From positions 1-64,000 of the forward strand of contig JBHJHA010000035.1 of assembly GCA_050331235.1 (NCBI GenBank): a stretch of 64,000 nucleotides of DNA, given 5' to 3'. This document shows positions 1-7,185 of the stretch, one piece after another. Under the pieces are notes generated by a model that was not told the origin of the DNA, did not search any database, and was given only the letters and a program-made list of their open reading frames with translations. This stretch comes from Leptolyngbyaceae cyanobacterium (GTDB lineage: Bacteria > Cyanobacteriota > Cyanobacteriia > Phormidesmidales > Phormidesmidaceae). Position numbers and translations under genes: made by a program. Each line of letters begins with the position of its first letter. The stretch's first letter is position 1.

Positions 1-108
1 GGCGCGCAACGCCAGTGGCTGGGGCGTACTCTGTCGCTTCACCAACTGCTCGAGTTCATCGCGTTCGGTTTCGCTCTCAATGAGGGCGGGCAGGGCGCGA
101 CCAGGCAT
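1..108 (-). CDS. IS630-family transposase, N-terminal HTH part (partial)
   Basis: Translated by hand from ATG at 108: MPGRALPALIESETERDELEQLVKRQSTPQPLALRA. This matches the 'LSE.ER.EL..LV.R..T.Q..ALRA' start of IS630 transposases. Confidence 0.75.
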   Translation of the reverse strand, partial: MPGRALPALIESETERDELEQLVKRQSTPQPLALRA

Positions 109-170
109 CAGACTCAGGCCTCTAAAACTGACTCCTTAAGGGTATCTGCATTTCCGCCATGCGGTACTAG
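1..170 (-). mobile_element. Left end of an IS630-family insertion sequence, truncated by the window edge
   Basis: The minus strand reads CTAG-TACCGCATGGCGGAAAT from 170. This is a CTAG/TA-type junction plus a short internal palindrome (CCGC..GCGG), about 60 nt upstream of a transposase-like ORF. Confidence 0.7.
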
Positions 171-192
171 TGGGCAGAAGTGCTGCTAACAG

Positions 193-1080
193 CTAGAAGG
201 CGTTCAGGAGCAGCCAGATGCCAGAGATCGCGATCAGTACTCCCATAACGGTACGTCCAGTAATGCGATCGCCCATCCAAGCGGCCAACGGTAGAACAAC
301 TAGAGGGCTGGTTGCCAATAGCGCTTGAGCAATTCCCGCCGGAGTTGACTTAAAGGCAACTTGCTGCAGCCAAATGGCTAAGTAAGTCCCTAGAAATGCT
401 GCCAAAACTAACATTGGCCACAGCTGACGTGATTGCAGTTGTGTGATTTGTGCTCTCACATCACCTTGACGACTAATCAAAATCAATAGAATCATTCCCC
501 CTGCGGCAATCCGAATCAGGCCGCTCCACAGGGGATCAATGTCACTATTGACTAATGCTCCCCTAGACATAACGGCTCCGCTAGCCTGCCCCATCTGTGC
601 TAATAATCCCCACGTGGCACCTCGGGGCAAATCAAGATGTCCTCGGGTCTGCTCAGGTACCCGCTCAAAAATTACCCATGTCACGCCGATGACCGTCAAA
701 AAAATGCCAAGCCACGCGATCGCGCTAAGGCTTTCTTGCAAGATGATGAGGGCAATGAGAGCCGTCAAGGGAGGCGCTAAAGATTCCATCAATAGTGCCC
801 GTCGGGCACCCAAATAATTGATTGACTGGAAATAGGCGGTATCACCCAGCCCGATGCCAATGCTGCCGCTAAGAACTAGCCACCCGATTGCTGCTAGCGG
901 TATCTGCGGCTGTCGGTTTTGCTGGAGCAGCAGAGTGAGTGAAATTAGGGCGATCGCGATGCTCCCTTTAGCCAAATTGAGCAGCAAAGGACTGAGCGAT
1001 TTTCCTAACCGGCCAAAAATAACTGTTGACACCGCCCACAAAAAGGCGGCAGTGAGGGCTGCGATTTCTCCACCTGGCAT
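193..1080 (-). CDS. DMT/EamA family transporter
   Basis: About 10 hydrophobic helices in two EamA repeats (GEIAALTAAFLWA; GIGLGDTAYF). Start placed at MPGGE (1080). Confidence 0.9.
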   Translation of the reverse strand: MPGGEIAALTAAFLWAVSTVIFGRLGKSLSPLLLNLAKGSIAIALISLTLLLQQNRQPQIPLAAIGWLVLSGSIGIGLGDTAYFQSINYLGARRALLMESLAPPLTALIALIILQESLSAIAWLGIFLTVIGVTWVIFERVPEQTRGHLDLPRGATWGLLAQMGQASGAVMSRGALVNSDIDPLWSGLIRIAAGGMILLILISRQGDVRAQITQLQSRQLWPMLVLAAFLGTYLAIWLQQVAFKSTPAGIAQALLATSPLVVLPLAAWMGDRITGRTVMGVLIAISGIWLLLNAF

Positions 1081-1279
1081 GGAAACTGCTTGCTTAATGG
1101 ACCATGGCGCGATCATGTCATGATTTTGGCTACGAAGGGCGACGTCTCATGGAGCGAAAGGAGAGGTAAATGCCCTATTGGCGTAGCATTGCCCTGTGCT
1201 GATCCCGCGTCAGTCACTTAAGACTGGACAGCGCCTATTGATGCGCATGCATATCATTGAACTCCTCGAGCAGGCATGC

Positions 1280-1636
1280 TCAACGTCTTCCATAAAAAGA
1301 CACTTCGATATCGGCATACCATCCTGGACCCATGTTTTCGTATAAAAAAACGCGCTCTACCTGGTAATACACACCATCATGAAATAGAGAGTCGCCGACC
1401 CTAGGAATGATGGGATAGGTCGCGAACCAAAGGCCATCTTTGACTGGGGCTTTGGGGTTAGTATTGCGAGCAGCTAAATAAAAAATCTGCACTTTGTAGA
1501 CACCACTAGCCGAAGACTCGGCAGCAGGGGGTAGTGCCCGTTGTGGGGAGGCAGATTTTTTTCGGCGCTTTGAGGTCGGCTTACGTTTGGGCTTATCCGA
1601 ACTGTCTGGCAGCGCGTTGTCTTGTTCGTCTTCCAC
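1280..1636 (-). CDS. Hypothetical protein with a basic disordered N-terminus and small beta-rich C-terminal domain
   Basis: 118-aa ORF with GTG start, a KPKRKPTSKRRKK patch and an IPRVGD...YYQVERV beta-strand pattern. Confidence 0.65.
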   Translation of the reverse strand: MEDEQDNALPDSSDKPKRKPTSKRRKKSASPQRALPPAAESSASGVYKVQIFYLAARNTNPKAPVKDGLWFATYPIIPRVGDSLFHDGVYYQVERVFLYENMGPGWYADIEVSFYGRR

Positions 1637-1984
1637 AGTGAAAATCAGAGTAACGATGCGATCGCTGAGGCAATCATAAAAAATCTTGAGCGCTTTGCAA
1701 CGGTAGGTTCAATAGATGCAAGAATCGACACGCTATATTTTGTGTACAAATGCGAACCGATGCGCCTATTTAGCGTATTGATGCTAACGTCTAGGCATTC
1801 GCTGTTATAACTTATTCCAAACCTGGTTTGAGTAAATGACGAAACTGCAGTTTTCGAGTACGTGTCAGGTTTACTTTTACAACCTAGTCGAGCCGTTTAT
1901 CCGTCGCCCGTTGAGTCACTTCAGTATCGTCAAGGCATTTTTGCTTGATTGAGAAAGCGATGGCTTATTCCGACCAAATTCATT

Positions 1985-2100
1985 GTCCCGATCAGCTATG
2001 TGGCTACTGCCTGAGTTGACAGAATCGGGTGGGTTGTCAATGGGCGATTTGATGGCAGGTCGATGTCACGACTTGACCGATGCTGGTGTACAGTCCGTAA
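1985..2100 (+). ncRNA. Candidate structured RNA or leader upstream of a small ORF
   Basis: Nested complementary segments: 1991-1996/2082-2087, 2000-2004/2065-2069, 2007-2011/2054-2058, 2016-2021/2035-2040. Crossing pairings: 1987-1992/2024-2029 and 2070-2073/2092-2095. Confidence 0.5.
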
Positions 2101-2122
2101 TGTCCTTTACTACTAAATACCC

Positions 2123-2320
2123 ATGACTTATCGTTCTCAGCTTTGTCCTTGGTGTGTCGTTCGCCAACTTCCCGAAATGAAACGCACCATTGTTGATCGC
2201 TTTCGGCGATATCAAGATGCTGATGCTCATTTACAACTGCTGCGCCAACAGTCGCCCAACTCTAGCTTTGCATTGACATTTGAGCCAGATCGCTCAGCGA
2301 CCCCTGAGACTGCTGTGTAA
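2123..2320 (+). CDS. Small basic hypothetical protein (MTY...PWC..R.LP...RFRR..DA.AHL family)
   Basis: 65-aa ORF resembling a small-protein family I recall from filamentous cyanobacteria (recall only, not searched). Confidence 0.75.
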   Translation: MTYRSQLCPWCVVRQLPEMKRTIVDRFRRYQDADAHLQLLRQQSPNSSFALTFEPDRSATPETAV

Positions 2321-2493
2321 TCACCGGCGATCGGGGAGTTCTGAATCGCCCAACTTTGATTCGCTAGGCGATTGCCGCAGCGTGGTGGACATGAGGTTAC
2401 TAAGGATTGATGTCAGGGCCGTCGGTCACAGAGCTGTTTATGTAAAAGGGGATGAGATAAATGAGGCAATGCCAGTTTGCCATGGGTCATGGC

Positions 2494-2670
2494 TTACTTG
2501 ATCCGCTGTAGGCTCGTGATCACGCCGGCCCCAATCGTGAGCAGCAATAGTAACCACAAAATGATCCCCGGGACAAAAGAAAGCCATGTTAACCCCCGTA
2601 AGATCCAGATCAGTAAAGTCAGAATCAGCAACCCAATAAAAATTTGACTCGGTAAAGAGAGCTGTCCCAT
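2494..2670 (-). CDS. Small two-TM membrane protein, 58 aa (not in the ORF track)
   Basis: MGQLSLPSQIFIGLLILTLLIWILRGLTWLSFVPGIILWLLLLLTIGAGVITSLQRIK*. Starts 12 nt after the stop of a similar ORF. Confidence 0.8.
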   Translation of the reverse strand: MGQLSLPSQIFIGLLILTLLIWILRGLTWLSFVPGIILWLLLLLTIGAGVITSLQRIK

Positions 2671-2682
2671 GCTGTAATTTGC

Positions 2683-2889
2683 CTACTGAGCAGAGCGAAT
2701 GCCGCTCAAGATTCCAATTCCTAAGGAAAGCAGTAATAAGGACCAGACAACGTATTCAGGAATTTGTGTTACCCAGCCGAGACCTCGCAGCACCAAAATA
2801 ATTGCACCTAGAACAAACATCACCCCAACGATATTCAGCACAATCATAATGGCAAGGTTGTTTGAATTGCCGCGCATGCTATTGACCAT
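2683..2889 (-). CDS. Small two-TM membrane protein, paralog of 2494-2670
   Basis: Two hydrophobic helices sharing the LRGL.W....P....W.LLLL..G.G pattern. Start may be 2877. Confidence 0.8.
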   Translation of the reverse strand: MVNSMRGNSNNLAIMIVLNIVGVMFVLGAIILVLRGLGWVTQIPEYVVWSLLLLSLGIGILSGIRSAQ

Positions 2890-2962
2890 AAACCTAGAGG
2901 CGCATCCATTGTGCCATGGTGCGCTGCCAGATGGTCAGCCTACCTGTGTCTGCCAATGGCGT

Positions 2963-3650
2963 TTACGGCTCACGATGCGCCCAAAAGTATCTTTCTAAAG
3001 CGTCACTGTTGCGGGCTGAATGGCGCAGCCAGTCGAGTCGTAGTTTGAGTTTTTCGCGATCGCTCAACTCCCAATCAATGTCTGAGGTTCTGAGGCGGCG
3101 CATGAGGACATACAGACTCATCGCGGCACTAACCGAGACATTGAGGCTCTCGACAAATCCTGCCATGGGAATTTTGAGCTGAAAATCAGCATTTTGTAAC
3201 GTCGTCTCAGACACGCCGTAGCGTTCGCTGCCAAAACAAACCGCAAGCTTTTGATCGAGGGGAATCGCTTCTGGCGGCAATGCTTCGGTATGTGGACTAG
3301 TGGCAACAATGAGATAGCCTCGCGATCGCAGTTTCTGATAACAGGCCAGCGTGTTTGCTTGTGTCGGATCGTCATACTGATGGAGTGTGACCCACCTCAT
3401 CGCACCGGAAGCAGCTCCGACCCTCGCTTTGAAAGTGTTGAAATTTTCTACGATGTGAACGTCTTGAATGCCTAAAGCTTCACAAGTCCGCAATAGTGCA
3501 CTAGCGTTGTGGGGGTCATGAAAGTCTTCCGCCACTACCGTTAGATACCGCGTTCTCTGGGCTAGTATCTTAATCAATTTTATCGCAGCGCTCAGGAGTC
3601 ACAAACCCTTCTAGGTAATCCATTACGGTAGTCAGTTGCTTGGCGTTCAT
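2963..3650 (-). pseudogene. trmH: TrmH/SpoU tRNA (Gm18) 2'-O-methyltransferase with a one-base frameshift (or sequencing error)
   Basis: SPOUT motifs DPHNASALLRTCEALG, FGSERYG and IPMAGFVESLNVSVS. The upstream frame MNAKQLTTVMDYLEGFVTPERCDKID stops at TAA near 3570. Removing one base restores ERCDKIDKILAQRTRY. Span is 688 nt = 3n+1. Confidence 0.8.
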
Positions 3651-3910
3651 AGGACGACATTTGTCTGGGTTGCTAGGCCACTCATCATACAGATTGGATG
3701 GTGGCAAGTGTTGTTGGTCGAATGGATAGCTTGAAAGTTAGGCTACTGAGTTGCTTTAGGGGCATCAGGCAGTGCCGGGTGTGCAGCCAGAAACAGCTAA
3801 GCAGAAGTTGAAGTTGTCCTCTGACTGCGGTTAGATGCTGAATCATCGCTGTTGGGCTATGATAAATGCAGATAATTATCTACATAACTGAGTTTTTGGA
3901 GGCAACCGCC

Positions 3911-4432
3911 ATCGTTAAGAGAAGATTTGACAAACGCCGTGTTCGTCCTGAGCAACCTAATATCAATCGCAACATCAAAGCACAACAGGTATTGCTGATT
4001 GACCACGAGAACGAAAATCGTGGAGTGACAGACACTCAAGATGCCATTAGTTTGGCTGAAGAGGTCGGGCTTGACTTAGTCGTTGTTTCAGAGAATAAGG
4101 AAACACCCGTTGCTAAGATCCTCGATTATGGTAAGCACCTTTATCAGCAAAAGAAGCGTCAGAAGCAAAGCGCTAAGCCTACGATGAAGGAAGTTAAGCT
4201 ACGTCCCAACGTCGACGATTCTGATTATGGGATTCGTATTGATCGTGCTACGGAGTGGCTAGACAAGGGCAATCACGTCAAATTTCAGATCCGTTTGAGG
4301 GGCCGTGAGCATCAACACCGCGATCGCGCCCGCGATTTGCTCAAACGAATTGTGCAGGACCTTGAGAAAGTTGCCAAAGTTCAAACTTTAGACACTAATT
4401 CTTTGATCGTGCAGCTAGTACCTGAGTCCTAA
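3911..4432 (+). CDS. infC: Translation initiation factor IF-3
   Basis: INRNIKA..VLLID, LDLVVV, AKILDYGK, KEVKLRP and LRGRE motifs. GGAGG at 3898-3902 sits 8 nt before an in-frame ATC at 3911. Confidence 0.92.
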   Translation: MVKRRFDKRRVRPEQPNINRNIKAQQVLLIDHENENRGVTDTQDAISLAEEVGLDLVVVSENKETPVAKILDYGKHLYQQKKRQKQSAKPTMKEVKLRPNVDDSDYGIRIDRATEWLDKGNHVKFQIRLRGREHQHRDRARDLLKRIVQDLEKVAKVQTLDTNSLIVQLVPES

Positions 4433-4826
4433 GCGTTGGCTCGATTGGTTTTATCCGGGGGTAAGCATGCTTATCCCCATTTTTGTGGCTATTCTGTGAG
4501 CCCCCTGCGGCAGTCATCTCGCGCCGGCTGTTGGCAAAGACAGGCATATCTATCGTCAATGCGATGCGCCCGCAGTGAGGCTGAGGATGCAGACGCTGAC
4601 ATACTGTCTATATTCGCGTTGTAGGAGCGATCGCTTCACTCTCCTATGATTCTCACCTCAAAAACTGCAGGCGTCACAGTTCGTATTGATCCGATCAACT
4701 TTGACACGTCTTAGCAGTCAACTTTAAGCTTTAGCGATAAAGATGAACAAACACTGCAGTGGACTGCAGAAAGCACAACAGGTGCGATAGCCTAAAGTTG
4801 GATGAAATATAAAGCAAACATTAAAT

Positions 4827-5042
4827 ATGATGCTAATGAATCCTCACGTGCTGCGCCAGTTATGGACTCTGGTCGAAGGCTCTCAAAGTCACTGGCTTCT
4901 GAGTCTTGATGACAATAGCCTAGTCCACTGGCTGATTGAACAGGTTTCCGGTGAGCAATATTTAGATTCGGCTGAGACAGATAACCTCAACTGCTACATC
5001 CGCAGTCGACTGCCGCTGATTCGTGATATTGCCCAGAGCTAG
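4827..5042 (+). CDS. Small conserved-type cyanobacterial hypothetical protein
   Basis: 71-aa helical ORF (LRQLWTLVE...LLSLDD.SLV.WL...YIRSRLPLIRDIA). Start may be 4836. Confidence 0.75.
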   Translation: MMLMNPHVLRQLWTLVEGSQSHWLLSLDDNSLVHWLIEQVSGEQYLDSAETDNLNCYIRSRLPLIRDIAQS

Positions 5043-5421
5043 GCGCTAGTCAGGCGTCAGTTTGAGAACGCTGATTAGGGCTGCTACATGCTGCCAAACC
5101 GCTGATCACTCGGTCATTTTGGGCGACCAACACTGTGCCAACTTGACCATTCTTTTCGTAATAACTTTAGTTAGATGCTGAGCTGGGCTGATTAGCCTGC
5201 TGGGGCTGTCAGCGACTGCCCGACAAACGCCGCCACTCGATACATATTTCCCACATTGACAGAGGCGATCGGACCCTGAAATTCTCAATTAGCTTTTCGT
5301 GCTGTCATGCTGGGTTCGTGGCGAGTTAAGCAACCTTGCGCTATTTCCGCAAATCGCTATACCTGTCCCCCATGATTTCAGCTTAAGAATTTAGCTGTGT
5401 CAAACACACAGGGCGCGAAAA

Positions 5422-5489
5422 GTGTTTTACGATACAAAAATATTTCGTCATGCGTTGGAATGTTATGCCGTATGGCCTAACATTCCAAC
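5422..5489 (+). promoter_or_regulatory. NtcA-like site (GTG-N8-TAC) and a 12-bp perfect inverted repeat upstream of the amino-acid SBP gene
   Basis: GTGTTTTACGATAC at 5422-5435. GTTGGAATGTTA/TAACATTCCAAC at 5454-5465/5478-5489, with a TAACAT -10-like hexamer in the right arm. Confidence 0.45.
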
Positions 5490-5562
5490 AGCCTGGATCG
5501 CTTGTAGCAGCTAAGTGGTCTAGATGTAATTGTGGTCTCTAATGAGCTAGTGAGGCGTGTAA

Positions 5563-6651
5563 ATGATCAGAAAATGGAGTTTCTTAGGGTTGGCTTTAGC
5601 CCTGACTCTGACAACAGTGGCATGTGGTGGCGATACCACATCGGATGCGGAAGGTGGCAGCACTGATGACGCTGGTGAGGAAGCCACTGCACCGGCAGGC
5701 GGTAGCCGCTTGGATGCTGTACTTGAACGAGGCCAGCTGGTTTGCGGCGTCGATGGCGGCATTCCAGGTTTCAGTTTCGTTGATGAGAACGGTGAATATT
5801 CAGGGCTTGACGTTGATGTCTGCCGTGCTGTGGCTGCTGCCTTGTTTGATGATCCTGAAGCAGTGGAATATCGACGTCTTGACTCCACAGAGCGGTTTAC
5901 CGCGCTGTCAGGTGGTGAAGTTGATATGCTCTCTCGAAATACCACCTGGACGGTCAGTCGCGACACTCAGGTTGGCATGGAATTTGCGCCAACCACGTTT
6001 TATGACGGGCAAGGCATGATGGTCCGAGAAGCCAGCGGTATTACTTCTCTTGAAGATTTTGCTGGTAAAGCAGTTTGTGTAGAGACTGGAACCACGACTG
6101 AGTTGAATCTGACTGACCAAATGCGTAAGCTCGGAGTTGAGTTTGAGCCAGTTGTCTTCCAGGATGCTGATGCTGCTTATGCCGCCTACGATGAAGGCCG
6201 TTGCGAAGGGATGACTTCTGATAAGTCTCAGCTCATCGCTCGTCGTAGTACTTTGCCCACTCCTGAGGAGCACACGCTGCTCGAGGTGACGATGTCGAAA
6301 GAACCCCTCGGTCCTTTAACGGTCAATAACGACTCTGCTTGGTTTGATGTCGTTAAATGGGTAACTTTTGGGCTCATTCAAGCCGAAGAATTTGGCATTA
6401 CTGCCGACAATATTGAAGAGTTTTCGGGCAGCGATGATCCTAATATCGCTCGCTTCTTGGGTGAAGAAAAAACCCTGGGTGAGGATATGGGGATTCCCAA
6501 TGACTTTATGGCCAGGGCGATTAGCAACGTTGGCAACTATGGCGAAATCTACGAGCGTAACCTCGGCGCTGAGTCTCAGTTTGAACTCGATCGCGGTCTC
6601 AATGCTTTGTGGACCGATGGCGGATTACTATATTCTCCTCCCTTCCGATAG
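5563..6651 (+). CDS. Polar amino-acid ABC transporter substrate-binding lipoprotein (AapJ/BztA/NatF family)
   Basis: Lipobox TVAC. Motifs RGQLVCGV, GLDVDVCRAVAAA, ERFTALSGGEVDMLSRNTTWT, SKEPLGP, GNYGEIYERN and GGLLYSPPFR. Confidence 0.93.
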   Translation: MIRKWSFLGLALALTLTTVACGGDTTSDAEGGSTDDAGEEATAPAGGSRLDAVLERGQLVCGVDGGIPGFSFVDENGEYSGLDVDVCRAVAAALFDDPEAVEYRRLDSTERFTALSGGEVDMLSRNTTWTVSRDTQVGMEFAPTTFYDGQGMMVREASGITSLEDFAGKAVCVETGTTTELNLTDQMRKLGVEFEPVVFQDADAAYAAYDEGRCEGMTSDKSQLIARRSTLPTPEEHTLLEVTMSKEPLGPLTVNNDSAWFDVVKWVTFGLIQAEEFGITADNIEEFSGSDDPNIARFLGEEKTLGEDMGIPNDFMARAISNVGNYGEIYERNLGAESQFELDRGLNALWTDGGLLYSPPFR

Positions 6652-6715
6652 AGCTAATTAGCGTGCGACTAGGCTAAATCTTTCCTAGAAGGTTTTGCTG
6701 AACAGCTTAACTATC

Positions 6716-6755
6716 AACCCCATTGGTGAGTCTGCGTTACTCTGCCGGTGGGGTT
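6716..6755. terminator. Imperfect GC-rich hairpin between the convergent SBP gene and psaI
   Basis: AACCCCATTGGTGAG ... CTCTGCCGGTGGGGTT. Confidence 0.45.
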
Positions 6756-6876
6756 ATTAGCTGTGAAGAAATGCATACGAAAATACAGATAAAAAGAAGA
6801 CCCCTATTCTCTTTTGACAGATACAGAGGCCTTCTCAGCATTCAAAATTCATGTAAAGGGAATGTGTGCAGGGAGA

Positions 6877-6996
6877 TCATTCCAGATCGGGCACTTCATC
6901 GCGCTCAATATAAAGAAATACAAAGGCCATTGCTGCAGCAGGAAAAACGATGCCAACTAATGGGACCAAAATTGAAGGAAGAAAAGAAGCTGCCAT
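6877..6996 (-). CDS. psaI: Photosystem I reaction centre subunit VIII (not in the ORF track)
   Basis: Translated by hand: [39 protein letters not shown], a classic PsaI sequence. Confidence 0.95.
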   Translation of the reverse strand: MAASFLPSILVPLVGIVFPAAAMAFVFLYIERDEVPDLE

Positions 6997-7185
6997 ATAA
7001 TCAATTCCTATCTCTAAAACAGCGCAAAAGCTGACCACTACTCAATTTTAATGTCAGCCAACTCATTAATATTTAGGGTACTGCGAAATGGTGAAAGGTA
7101 CGGCATCGCCAACGGAGTATCGCTGCATTTCTTAACGTTTCACTACATTAAGTGAAGGAACGCTGCCGGTTGAGCAGGATACCTT

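Noticed and set aside
1975..2100. Bona fide group I intron (AAATTCATTG, TCACGACT and CAGTCC resemble the P, R and S elements)
   Set aside because: Too short, no P8 or P9 domain, and no interrupted host gene or evident splice sites. Kept only as an unclassified structured RNA candidate.
3866..3910. ATG-initiated N-terminal extension of IF-3 given by the ORF track
   Set aside because: No SD, it overlaps the likely promoter, and the strong SD points to ATC 3911.
6723..7034. 103-aa plus-strand ORF
   Set aside because: It is the antisense shadow of psaI and has no recognisable features.
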